A DNA stretch of 64,000 nucleotides from Octopus sinensis (taxonomy: Eukaryota). This document shows, piece by piece, positions 37,464 to 50,040 of the stretch. The DNA lies in contig NC_042998.1 in the NCBI RefSeq assembly GCF_006345805.1, positions 25,792,001 to 25,856,000 of the forward strand. Direction: 5' to 3'. The position numbers and the translations under genes were made by a program. The notes under the pieces are model-generated. The model searched no databases and was not told where the DNA came from. It saw only the letters and a list, made by a program, of their open reading frames with translations. Each line of letters starts with the position of its first letter. Within the stretch, counting starts at the first letter, position 1.

Positions 37464-38093
37464 CGGTCATTCCAAAGCAATGGTGTATTACTTTTGTCCA
37501 TGTTGTGGTACAGTGGGATCGACCCTGATATTACATGATAGCAAGGTGAACTTCATAGCCACTTAACTACGGCTGCATCCTTGTTTTAAGGTAACTTTAA
37601 AACAACCTTAAAATAGAAATAATGCATTTAAGATTGTGAAGGTCAAACTACTGAAATTTAGCCGTATGATGTACTTTTAAAAGAAATTGTAATTTTCTAT
37701 CATAGAAATCAAATTTGAGAAAGAAAAAGAAAAAAATGAGAAAATTAAATATAATTTCTGACTCAACAACTGTCTCTGGTTAATCTGAAACCTGGAATTG
37801 CAAAATAATTTTCTGTTTGGGACTGAGCTTCAGTGAGTCAACTTATTCACTATTTTAAATGAGAGAGTGAATACATGAATTGATATCGTTAATGAAAATC
37901 CAATAGCGTAATTAAACATGTAACATGGCGAAAATACCATAAAATACATTACTATTTTCAGTATGAGATTTTGAATTTTATAACCTCTACACCGATTTTG
38001 TGTTTTTATGTGCAAAAAATTGTTTTCTGCCAGTTAAAATTTTTGTGACATGATAGCATATTTAAAAGATGAAGTTGCTTGAATATTTGTATA

Positions 38094-38990
38094 CGAGGTC
38101 TGATCAATAAGTATCCGGATTGTTGCTATAATAACAAGGCTAAATCACAGAGAGTAAAGCCACTTGGTACAGATTGACCTTGACCTCTGCTGCGTATGCA
38201 CATTAAGTTTTAACGTTCTAGCTCGCTTTCACTGTTTATAACAGTGCTTGGAAGGAAGGTGTGTAGCGTGTGATCATCGCATTGACCATGACAGGGAAAG
38301 TTGTCATGGCGATACCTGCTCAGAGGCCTACACAAAGTTGCAGAAAGTGTATAGAGAGGAGTGTATGAGTCGTCGCGCACAAGTGTACAAGTGGTTCAGA
38401 CGTTTCCTAGATGACCGAAAAAAGTCAATTTTGACAAGCATTCTGGGAGACCCACAATCAGCAGAACTGAGAAAAACATTGCAGATGTGCATGCAGCTGG
38501 GAGGGGAAATTGTCAAACCACCATCTGTGAGCTATGAGAGGATGTGCAGATTAGTTACGGTTCAGTTCAGTCCCTTATCACTTAAGATTTAGGTATGAGA
38601 CGCATGTCTGCCAAGTTTCTGCCAAAACTACTGTCAGCTGACCAAAAAGACACTCGGGTTTCCATTGCACAAGATCTCTTTGATTGTATCAAGAACGATG
38701 AAAGCTTTTTGAAAATTTTGCTTAGGCTTCTGAGCTGGAATCGCCAAGCTCTTGGCAAAATTTCATGCCGGTTCTCTGCTCAACTTTCTCTGTCATGGTC
38801 AATGCGACAATCACACGCTACACACCTTCCTTCCGAGCACTGCTGTAAACAGCAGAAGTGAGCTGGAACCTTAAAATTTAATGTGCATGCATAGCAGAGT
38901 TCAAGGTCGATCTGTGCTAAGTGGCTTTACTCTACATGCTTTAGCTTCGTTACTATAGCAACAGTCCGGATACTTTTTGATCGGACTACG
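38094..38990 (+). mobile_element. Internally deleted mariner-like transposon with long terminal inverted repeats
   Basis: TA|CGAGGTCTGATCAATAAGTATCCGG ... CCGGATACTTTTTGATCGGACTACG|TA; inverted identity extends ~115 bp; remnants YTKLQKVYREECMS..QVYKWFRRF and MRRMSAKFLPKLLSADQK. Confidence 0.85.
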
Positions 38991-39059
38991 TATATTTTTA
39001 TTGGTATAATAGGTTCTTCCCAACTGACAGTTCAGTGAGGTACCTGGTAAGCTTCAGTG

Positions 39060-39861
39060 TTTCTCTTTTATTTTCTTCAGTCATTTGACTGCAGCCATGC
39101 TGGAGCAACGCCTTGAAGAATTTTGGTTGATTGAATCAACACCAGTACTTTTTAAAGCCTGGTACTTGTTTTATTGATCACTTTTGCTGAACTGTTCAGT
39201 TATAAGCATGTAAACACAACAACACTAGCTGTCAAGCAAAGTTGGGGGACAAACACAGACATAAACACACACTCACACATACATATATATGCATGTATAC
39301 ACATACACACACATACATGTATATGTATGTATACACACATACACACACACACACACATATATGATGGGCTTTTTTTCAGTTTCCGTCTACAAAATCCACT
39401 CAGGGTTAATTATGAAAAAATATTAAATCATTATTCTATGCTAATCTAGTAGAAATTTAAATGTGATAAAATGTTTTATAAGAAATTTAAAGTGCCTACG
39501 TGATAACTGTAAACCTACTTTTGGGCCACCCTGTATATTTAGCTTGGTGCACAATATGTCAAAATCAAATCCCAAAGGTCATCATCATAAGATCCATAAA
39601 AGTATGGTAAAGTGAAGGTTATACAACGATGGTGATGATGATCATCATCATCATGATATATGTATGTGTGTGGTTTGCAAGTTACTTGGGAACCTCACTG
39701 GTGCTGGTGCCACATTAAAAAAGCACCCAGTACCCTATGTAAAGTGGTTGACAATTAGGAAGTGTATTCAGCCGTAGGAACCATGGCAAAAGAGACAGCT
39801 GGATCTTAGCCAGCTCCTGCCAAACCATCCAGCCCATGGCAGTATGGAAAACGGATGTTAA

Positions 39862-39899
<38 letters not shown>

Positions 39900-40270
39900 A
39901 TATGGTTGTGTTGTAAGAAGCTTGCTTCCTAACCACATGGTTCCAAGCGAGTGTCTTCTACTATATCCTTGGCCCAACCAAAACCTTGTGAATGGATTTG
40001 GTAGACAGAAACTGAAAGAAGCCCATCGTGTATATATATGTATGTATATCTTTGTGTGTGTGTGTGTGTCTGTGTTTCCCCCCATAACCACTTGACAACC
40101 GGTGTTGGTGTGCTTACATCCCCATAACTTAGCAGTTTGGCACAAGAAACTGATAGAATTTGTACCAAACTTAGAAAAAAATAATTCCTGGTGTCAGTTT
40201 GTTCAATTAAAACCATGCCCCAGCATGGCCACAGTCAAAATGACTTGAAACAAGTAAAAGAATAAAGAAC
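39060..40270. mobile_element. Cluster: S1 fragment (minus, 39060-39403), RTE tail (plus, 39700-39898), S1 (plus, 39900-40270)
   Basis: Matches to the S1 and RTE tail consensus seen elsewhere in the window. Confidence 0.75.
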
Positions 40271-40571
40271 ATATATATTTCTCTCAATGGTATCTTATTT
40301 CTGTTTTTTTGGAGAAGTCTTTTATTAAGAGAAATCGTTAATGATAAAACAGAAAATATTCTTCAACTTAAATTAGATTATAAGATGCTCTGTAAAATAA
40401 GGGCCTAATGTGGAATCCTTAATGTGGAATCCCTTTGAAACAATGCATATTATGAGTCACCAATTGGTTTTTCCCATTATTGGATTCCTCTTGTGTAAAT
40501 TATTCGGGGGAAATAATGCAAAGAATGTACAACATTTTGTGAATACACACAATAATTTGATATGGACATGA

Positions 40572-40611
<40 letters not shown>

Positions 40612-40879
40612 GTCTGGTTTTCTGTAAAACCTTTGAGAATTAAATAAAAGTGTTTTCCTATTTCCTATATTGACGTTGTTATTATCTCTCTATGAGTCTA
40701 TGGGCTCCGTTTATTATAAGCTGTTTTTCAATATTTCAATGATTTTAAAGTCACATTACTCACAGTCTGTTACGGTTTTATATGATTAAATTCAAATAAG
40801 TTTAGTTTCAACACAACTAAATTATCCAGAGACATTTCAACATAATTACATGTCAAAATGCTACAGTCAGTTTTTCTCT

Positions 40880-40884
40880 TACCA

Positions 40885-40931
<47 letters not shown>

Positions 40932-40957
40932 CACCACTACTACTACCACCACCACCA

Positions 40958-40988
<31 letters not shown>

Positions 40989-41037
40989 CGCTACCACTAC
41001 TAGTGCTATCACTACTATTACTACTACTACTACCACC

Positions 41038-41074
<37 letters not shown>

Positions 41075-41278
41075 TTAACTACCACCACCACCACTACTAC
41101 CACTACTACTACTACCACCACCACCACCACTACTACTACTACTACTACCACCACCACCACTACTACTACTACCACTGCCACTACTTCTACTACCACTACT
41201 ACTACCACTACTACTACTACCACCACCACCACTACTACTACTACCACTGCCACTACTTCTACTACCACTACTACTACC

Positions 41279-41312
<34 letters not shown>

Positions 41313-41386
41313 TTACTACTACCAGTACCACAACTACTACCACTACCACTGCCACTACTTCTACTACTACTACTACTACTACTTCT
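40880..41386. repeat. (ACT/ACC)n trinucleotide microsatellite
   Basis: Direct inspection; poly-T/V/L ORFs are artefacts. Confidence 0.95.
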
Positions 41387-41528
41387 AGCTCAGCTATAAG
41401 AAATAATAGCACCAATTCAAATTCTGCTACTGATGTCTTTATTATACTTTCTTTCTCTATATTTTCAATACAACCAATTAGTTTTTAAATCCCAGTGGTC
41501 TTATGGAATATGAATTAAAACAAATTAC

Positions 41529-41802
41529 CACAACAATATTCCATCTGGAACCTTATGATGATTATACTCATTCTTTAAGATTAGGAAAAATGCCTGAAGC
41601 AAAGTTACAAATGGATTTAGAGAGGATACCATAGAATTATCATTAATGTGTGTAGTTAAAACATCAATATCTATAACAACAGGCTTCGTCATGCTACATT
41701 CAAACATAGAAGACGACGCACAAAAGCATCTGTAGATGAGTTGTTGGAGGCTGGCAGTGTTATTAGCATTTTTATTACACCACAAAACAGACTTGGAGTA
41801 AT
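41529..41802 (-). CDS. Candidate host exon, product unrecognised
   Basis: 274 nt open frame DYSKSVLWC...HKVPDGILLW between GGCAG| and TG|GTAATT; non-repetitive composition; acceptor weak. Confidence 0.3.
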
Positions 41803-41879
41803 CTGCCGTCAACAGTACCATAAATTAGAGCCGACTGCAGAATTTTAAATTAATGGCTATTGGAATAATATGAAAGAGT

Positions 41880-42108
41880 ATATACTCATTACTCTTTTGC
41901 TTGTTTCAGTCGTTTGACTGCGGCCATGCTGGAGCACCGCCTTTATTTAGTCGAGCAAATCGACCCCAGGACTTATTCTTTGAAAGCCTAGTACTTATTC
42001 TATCGGTCTCTTTTTGCCGAACCGCTAAGTTACGGCGGACGTAAACACACCAGCATCAGTTGTCAAGCAATGTTAGGGGGACAAACACAGACACACAAAC
42101 ATATACAA

Positions 42109-42163
<55 letters not shown>

Positions 42164-42447
42164 ATATATACTACTATAGGCTGGGGCCGACCAAAGCCTT
42201 GTGAGTGGATTTGGTAGACGGAAACTGAAAGAAGCCTGTCGTATATATATCTATATATATATATATATATATACACGTATATACGACGGGCTTCTTTCAG
42301 TTTCCGTCTACCAAATCCATTCACAAGGCTTTGGTCGGCCCCAGGCTATAGTAGAAGACACTTGCCCAAGGTGCCACACAGTGGGACTGAACACGGAACC
42401 ATGTGGTTGGTAAGCAAGCTACTTACCACACAGCCACTCCTACGCCT
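41880..42447 (-). mobile_element. S1 SINE containing an internal inverted duplication
   Basis: 42171-42243 is the reverse complement of ~42283-42355. Confidence 0.85.
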
Positions 42448-42791
42448 AAATTTCTACGTTTAATTTCTTAGACAAATTGCAATTAGTACTAATGCAAAAC
42501 ATTTTCAGATCCTTAACCTCCCCTCAGCTGCTTTGTTATTTTGCAATTCAAAAAGGTAGAACAAGCACAAGCATATTGTTGCTATTATGTGAAACTGTCG
42601 TATGTCCAAATTTGGCCAAATGCATTTTTTCCAATATCTAATTTTGCTTGCAATAACCTATTCTTTCGGTCAATCTATCATATCTCTCCAGCTGCTTCAG
42701 ATAGCAAGATATGAAAATTTTCGAAGTGTAGTACAACATTATTTACATTATTTACAATTGACAGTTATTTGTCCTCATCTTGTTTGTTGTT

Positions 42792-42837
42792 AACACAACG
42801 TTTCAGCTGATATACCCTCCAGCCTTCATCAGGTGTC
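42792..42837 (-). ncRNA. Minimal type-I hammerhead ribozyme motif (best-preserved family A copy)
   Basis: GACAC CTGATGA A GGCTG-GAGGGTATAT-CAGCT GAA ACGT T | GTGTT. Confidence 0.75.
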
Positions 42838-42886
42838 TTGGGGAAATTTAAAACCTGGGTTCTCATTCGTATGTTATTTTTCAATG

Positions 42887-42956
<70 letters not shown>

Positions 42957-42966
42957 CATTATTATT

Positions 42967-44428
42967 CTATGTTTGACTTTTGCTTTATATTTTCACAAGC
43001 TGTCTCCAAGTCTCACCCAGAGACCTCAAGAGACAACAATTGGAAGTTCATGTTGGTGTTATGCCTAGGGTGCCATATATTTGGTTTTGTACTTTGTGTC
43101 GTACTAGTAAATGCCTAAAAAACCATACGAAAATTATGTTTGTTTTAAAATGTGAGATTACAAAGAAAGTATTTTGCGTAGGATTTGAGCAGTCCCAATG
43201 AGCACTATCTTTTGAATTTCTGCCATTTTGGGGTTTCCTGGTATCTGAGCTAGGTAGCAATCAGCCCTTTTTGCTATCATTCCCAGGGCACCTATGACAA
43301 CAGGTATTGTTTTAGTCTTCAGGTTCCACATTTTGATGATTTCTATTTCCAGATCTTTATATTTGCTCAGTTTCTGGTAGGTCTTGACAGATACGTTTAT
43401 ATCAATTGGGACAGTCATATCAATGAGGAGGCATGTTTTTTGTCTGAAGTCTGTTACTATGATGTCTGGCCTATTCTTTCTGTCAGTTTGAATGGTGAAG
43501 TTCCAGAGGAGTGAGATGTGGTCATTTTCAAGCACTGGAGGTGGTTTGTGTTCCCACCAGTTTTTATCATGGGGCAAGACCAGGCTTCTGCAAATTGCCC
43601 AGTGAATATATTGTGCAGCTCTATCATGCCTGTTGAGATACTCTGTAGGTGCAAGAAGACAGCACTTGGAGACAACATGATCAATGGTTTCATTTTGTTG
43701 TTGACATACACGACATGTTGGGCTACTGCCATTCTTTAATATGTTGGCCTGGTAGTTCCTTGTAGGTAGGCATTGATCTTGAGCTGCTATGATAAACTCT
43801 TCTGTTTCAGATTTTAAGCCAGAGGCCATTAGCCATTGATGGGTCAGGGCTTTGTCAACATCTGCATTATTCACTCTCTTTGGGTATTTGCCATTGAGAG
43901 GTTTTTTTCTTGCCATTTATCATTCAGAATATCTAAGGCAGCAGTTTTAGCATGGGTTTTCATGCGCTTAGCTTTTTCTGTGCTTGTTTCTTGTGTGTCT
44001 AATTCCGGAATTTGTTGTATTCGGAATTCACTTAGATATTCCTTTGCCTGTTTTGTTACTGAGTATGATGCTTTCTTGTTTTCATGTTTTGAGACAAGTT
44101 TTAACATCCAGTCCTCAGAGTTTTTCAGGTAGGTGTCTAGGCCAATTGTAGCAATCTTCATTGTTATTGCCAGTTGTAAAAGTCCACGGCCTCCCTCTTT
44201 TCTAGGTAGATAAAGTCATTCTATATCTACCTTAGGGTGGTGCATTCTATGCATTGTCAACAGTTTTCGGATTTTTCTATCAAGATTACATATTTCAGTA
44301 ATTGACCAGTTAACGATATTGAAACTGTAAGTCACGACTGGTATGGCTAAAGCATTGATCGCTTCGATCCTGTTTCTTGCATTCAGCTCTGTCTTGAGTA
44401 TTGCTCTTACTCTGCAATAACATTCTCT
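42967..44428 (-). mobile_element. R4/Dong-clade non-LTR retrotransposon, 5'-truncated (RT thumb, CCHC knuckle, restriction-like endonuclease)
   Basis: LYLPRKEGGRGL, AAQDQCLPTRNY, CRVCQQQNETIDHVVSKC, RPDI..LIDMTVP..KYKDLEIEI..IPVVIGALG; flanked by (TAA)n; in-frame stop and frameshifts. Confidence 0.9.
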
Positions 44429-44438
44429 TATATTATTA

Positions 44439-44472
<34 letters not shown>

Positions 44473-44473
<1 letters not shown>

Positions 44474-45168
44474 GAGTACCTCAATAGGCATGATAGAGCT
44501 GCACAATATATTCACTGGGTAATTTGCAAAAACCTGGATTTGCCCCATGAAAAAAACTGGTGGGAACACAATCCACCTCCTGTGCTTGAAAATGACCACA
44601 TCTCACTCCTCTGGAACTTCACCATTCAAACTGACAGGAAGATAGATGCAAATAGGCCAGACATTATACTGAAAGACTTCAGACAAAGAACATGCCTCCT
44701 CATTGATATGACTGTCCCAATCGATATAAACGTATCTGTCAAGACCTACCAAAAACTGAGCAAATATAAAGATCTTGAAATAGAAATCAGCAAAATGTGG
44801 AAGCTGAAGACTAAAACAATACCTGTTGTCATAGGTGCCCTGGGAATGATAGCGAAAGGGACTGATTGCTACCTAACTCAGATACCAGGAAACCCCAAAA
44901 TGGCAGAAATTCAAAAGATAGTGCTCATGGGAACTGCTCATATCCTACGCAAAATACTCTCTATGTAATCCCAAGGTTTAAAACAAACTTTTTTTTTATT
45001 TATTTATTATTATTATTTTTTTTTTTATGTATTAGACATTCACTAGTACAACACCAAGAAAAAAAAAAAACAAATATATGGCACAGAACTTCTAACCTGT
45101 TGTCTCTTGAGGTCTCTGGGTGAGACTTGGAGCCAACTTGTACAGACATAAAGCAAAAGTCAAACATA

Positions 45169-45169
<1 letters not shown>
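44473..45169 (+). mobile_element. R4/Dong-clade 3' fragment (restriction-like endonuclease and 3'UTR)
   Basis: ORF 44540-44968 KIDANRPDIILKD..LIDMTVP..IPVVIGALG; the same 3' end CAAACATAG abuts (AAT)n. Confidence 0.9.
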
Positions 45170-45223
<54 letters not shown>

Positions 45224-45563
45224 TATAATAATTTTATTATTATTATTATTATAACATAAAAAATACCTTAGGAATGAGAACCCAGGTTTGAAATTTCCCC
45301 CCCAGACACCTGATGAAGGCTGGAGAGTATGTCAGCCAAAATGTTGTGTTAACAACAAACAAGATCAGGACAAATATCCGTCAAATGTAAATAATGTACA
45401 TAATTCTTTATCTCTTAAATATAGAACTTGTGTAGTACAAAAGTGTAGTCCCACTTACGACAGTTTTGCAAAAGTATTTCTGACTGAAAATATCATACAT
45501 GCATGGAGTTATGATTTTATGCACCCAACAAAGCGTTAGTCTTAAGCTGAAACTGTTGCTAAT

Positions 45564-45800
45564 AGCAAGCTGGCAGAAACGTTAGCACACTGGGTGGAAT
45601 GCTTAGCAGTATTTTGTCTGCCGTTACATTTTGAGTTCAAATTCCACCGAGGTCAACTTTGCCTTTCATCCTTTTGGGGTCGATAAATTAAGCACCAGGT
45701 ACACACTGGGGTTGATGTAATCGAATTAGTCCCTTTGTCTGTTCTTGTTTGTCCCCTCTATGCTTAGTCCCATGTGGGCAATAAAGAAATAAAGAAATAA
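45564..45800 (+). mobile_element. S3 SINE
   Basis: 15 bp TSD GAAACTGTTGCTAAT at 45549-45563 and 45801-45815. Confidence 0.9.
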
Positions 45801-46292
45801 GAAACTGTTGCTAATGTGAAAAAAAAAATTAACTAGTGAAACTCTATTTTCATTTTCTGGAAAAGCAATGTTTTGGACTTACGACACTTTTGCATAAAAG
45901 CAATGTTATGAATTATTTTATTACACTCACACATGTTTGTATGTCTGCATGTCTGCATGTGTGTATGGATGTATACATTCATTCATACCTACAGCCATAT
46001 AATTGCTTGTTCTATCTGTGCTTATATACTAAACTGAACATTCCCTGAATCTAGGAATCAATACTGCTTATAAAACAGTACTTAACAGTATTTATTATTA
46101 ATGCCAATTGTTTACTTCAAAGTTATCATGATTTTGGCTTCTTGAAACACTTTCTGAGAAGCCATAATTGGCAAAACTCTGAAGTAAATAGTTACCATTG
46201 GTAGTAAATACTATTCTATACATACATACATACATACACATATATATGTATGTATGTATTCAAGTATGCACGTATTTCTAAATCTATATCTA

Positions 46293-46405
<113 letters not shown>

Positions 46406-47314
46406 CAACAATGTAATAAATAAATAAAATATATGCATATTACATACATATATGTACATACTTACATCTATATGTATATATACATGCATATATATATATA
46501 TATATATGAGTACAGGACACCACAAATAAGCGTAGAACTCAACGAGAAACGAAAACATAAAATCAAACAAGGAAACGGATTTTTTTTAACAACGAAAAAA
46601 CAGAGTACAGGACAAACAATACAAGGAAAATTCCCCTTCATCAGCTGCCCCTGGTTCGACTCAATGTGTGTTTCGAAGGTAAGGACAGAACACGGCCAGG
46701 CTGACGCAATTCTTCCTGCAAAAGGAATTAAATAAAATTCTTTTGCAGAGGGGTAAAACAAGTGACAAGAACAGGACGTAAAAGCAATACAAATGAAGAA
46801 AAAACAGTAGAAAAAACAGTACAAATAAAGAATAACAGGACAGAGAACCAACAATAAGGACCTTTTTAGGCCTAGACGGTGGAAAAATTAGTTAGAACGC
46901 ATGTGAAAAATCGGCTTGCGAAAGACAGGGAAGTCGATGTATGCTTGTTGAAGGCACGGAGCTGAAAGGAAGTTTTAGTAGCACTCTGGTCAACGGCCAG
47001 AGAGAGGAGGAGGAGAGAGAGAGAAAGAGGGGGGGGAAGAAACCAGAAAGGGTGAAAAATAAGAAGGAGAGAGACAAGTAGAGAGGAAGACAGACAGGCA
47101 GGGAGGAAAGGTCAAGTAAAGAGTAAGAGTGCGCGTCATGATTATTCAAATAAAAACTTACTTGGAGAAACATACATATATATATAAAATTAAATAATAA
47201 GGGTAGAAATTGATATTAATCAATAAAAAGCAGTGGCTTAGCATATTTAATAATATCCAAAGATTAAAAATTGTGTAACATACAAAATACACACACACAC
47301 ACACACAGACACAC

Positions 47315-47803
47315 ACAAGAGTTAAGGAATGGAGTAGATAAGATCTGGGGTACATATGTTTCATAGCGAGTGGAACCTCAAAAGTGGTAAATATCCAAGC
47401 AAGGTGTATACTGTAGGCTACTCGTCAGGCCAAGGGTACCTTGATTAAATGAAAGTTTACATTGTCGCAAGGAGACACATGTTGCTTTTTGTATATTCAC
47501 TATGGATTGCTTTGAAGCTAACTTTCTGCCTACACCTTGAGCCGTGGATCTTACATTTATATATATATATATATGTATGTATGTATGTATGTATATCATC
47601 ATCATCATCATCGTCATTTAATGTTCATTGCCCATACTGGCATGGGTTGGACGGTTTGAGACCAGGGCTGGCAAGCTGGAAGGCTGCACCAGACTCCAGT
47701 CTGATTTGACATGGTTTCTATAGCTGGATATTTACCACTTCTGAGGTTCAGCTATGAAACAAATGTAGCCTGGATCTTATCTATTCAATTCTTTAACTCT
47801 TGT
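47315..47803. mobile_element. PLE-like inverted arms, family D, with an RTE tail (47596-47727) in between
   Basis: 47315-47397 is the reverse complement of 47725-47803. Confidence 0.7.
47345..47434 (-). ncRNA. Type-I HHR motif with long stem-II loop (family D)
   Basis: CTTGGC CTGACGA GTAGC..GCTAT GAA ACATATGT A | CCCCAG; the mirror arm has GCCTGG after the cleavage site. Confidence 0.55.
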
Positions 47804-47805
47804 GA

Positions 47806-48212
47806 GGCGCAGGAGTGGCTGTGTGGTAAGTAGCTTGCTAACCAACCACATGGTTCAGGGTTCAGTCCCACTGCGTGGCATCTTGGGCAAGTGTCTTCTG
47901 CTATAGCCCCGGGCCGACCAATGCCTTGTGAGTGGTATTGGTAGACAGAAACTGAAAGAAGCCTGTCATATATATGTATATATATGTATATGTGTGTTTG
48001 TGTGTGTGTGTGTTTGTCTCCCTGGCATTGCTTGACGGCCGATGGTGGTGTGTTTACGTCCCCGTCACTTAGCGGTTCCGCAAAAGAGACCGATAGAATA
48101 AGTACTAGGCTTACAAAGAATAAATCCTGGGGTCGATTTTCTCAACTAAAGGCGGTGCTCCTGCATGACCACAGTCAAATGACTGAAACAAGTAAAAGAG
48201 AGTAAAGAGTAT
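47806..48212 (+). mobile_element. S1 SINE, full length
   Basis: Match to other S1 copies. Confidence 0.9.
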
Positions 48213-48214
48213 AT

Positions 48215-48482
48215 GTTTTTATATGAGAGTATTGTAGTTTGCTTGAAGCATTGTGTATTGTTTGTAACGGATAAAAAGTTTTGAATGGTACAACAATGCA
48301 CTATAATACAAACATTGGGCTATATACCTGTTGTAATTTAATTATCCATAGTCTGATAATATATCTGAAGAAGGAATTTTATTCCGAAATATTATCAGAT
48401 TATGGATAACTAAATTACAACAGGTATATAGCCCATTGTTTGTATTATAGTGCATTGTTGTACCAATCAAAACTTTTTATTC
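48215..48482. mobile_element. PLE-like inverted dimer, family E
   Basis: Arms 48269-48360 and 48391-48482 are inverted; left arm has ~50 bp of extra sequence; HHR core at the centre. Confidence 0.75.
48363..48397 (+). ncRNA. Minimal HHR motif (family E), stem I truncated at the inversion junction
   Basis: AT CTGAAGA A GGAA-TTTA-TTCC GAA ATAT T | ATCAG. Confidence 0.6.
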
Positions 48483-49789
48483 TGTATATATATATGTAAT
48501 AATAATTATTTGAGGGAATATTATTCCTAACTTACAGGGAAAAATCCAATTTAGAAATACTAAATCAAATTTTACAAAATATAATATATATATATATATA
48601 TATATAAATTAGAAAAAAAACACCTTTTATCAATTCAAAATGAACAATTAAATTACACCATCTAGAAAATTACATATAATAGAAATATTAAAATAAATAA
48701 CAAAAATATACCGATGATTAAGTAAATTGCAAAATAATAATAAAAACGTGTGTTTATTTATATATTTATATCAGTTACACAAGTGGGATATGCTAATTTG
48801 TTGGGTTAGCATGATAAATAGGTTATGAACTTTACCGTCTTTTGGAGTAGGGAGTTATGATATTTAAGCCTCTAAGAGCTAATAGCAAAATAATTGATAC
48901 AGTTACATCTGGAAGAAATTGACCGTAAGCCATAGATGTGGCTTTGGCAGCACACATTATGACCGAGTGTCATAATAAATCCTGCCAAAAAGTGAACAAC
49001 TTTATTTGTCAGCTAATTTTATTGTCTGATTCACCTAATCAAAAACAAACCATACCGTTTCCTTCATTATCTCTCTTTTATGCCTTGCAGGTGAAGTTTT
49101 TGTCAATATTTTCCCATTCCAAATATAGTATCCGAATATCATAATGGACAAAACTAAACAAGATTGATTTTTATTCATCAAAAGAAACTTATACTTCTCC
49201 AACAACCCGAAGAAATTTTATTGCGTTTCTACCTTGACGGGGATAACTACCAATTATCTTGTTGTCATGCAGAAAAAGTTTCTTGGATTCTTTGAAATAA
49301 CTTTGTCATATTAATTGCTCTTAAACCAATATGGATGGCTTTCCATTATAGACATAGTGAAACTTTTAACCATATCTTTTATTGCAAGTTGATGCTAAAC
49401 ATCAGGGAAATGAAATATTCAGAAAAAAATATATTACAATAATACAAAAATCCGGCCACTGTTTATCATAGAATCTACCTTTGGAAACGATTACATATTC
49501 ATAAATGTATAGATTTATGATTCTTTAGATTTATGATTACAACTGAGCTTCGCCATGTTAACATTGTTATTTCTGAGATATCTTTAGACAAATTCTATCA
49601 AACATCTTTTAATAGTTACTACACAGCAATCCTTTATCAGATATCAGATGTCACAGGCTTTTTTTTTTCCTTGACACTAACCAAATTTTTGAATACAACT
49701 ATTCTGAGATTAATTCTAAGTTTTTCGACCAAGATTATTTATACCATCCTTTCATTAATATAACTCACCAGGTCTGTAAAAGATAATAA

Positions 49790-49889
49790 TAATGATAATA
49801 ATAATAGAAATAATAAGTACATCATCATCATCAGCAGCAGCAGCATCACTATCATCACCATCATCATCATCAGCATCACTATCATCACC

Positions 49890-49921
<32 letters not shown>

Positions 49922-50004
49922 CACTGTCACTATCAACATCATCATCATCACCAGCATCATCAACATTATCATCATCATCATCATCATCATCGTCGTCATC
50001 GTCG

Positions 50005-50040
<36 letters not shown>

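Larger units (their letters stand above)
42737..45429. mobile_element. 2.7 kb composite palindrome: family A arm - Dong(-) - Dong(+) - family A arm
   Basis: 11 bp TSD GTGTAGTACAA at 42726-42736 and 45430-45440; HHR motifs 42792-42837 and 45305-45350. Confidence 0.85.

Noticed and set aside
43158-44968. Host protein-coding genes at ORFs 43158-43916 and 44540-44968
   Set aside because: Clearly R4/Dong retrotransposon domains, truncated and with lesions
46625-46690. CTGATGAAGGGG on the minus strand as a hammerhead
   Set aside because: No GAAA after stem II in type-I order; a type-II reading lacks a valid stem I. Possibly a decayed relic but not supportable
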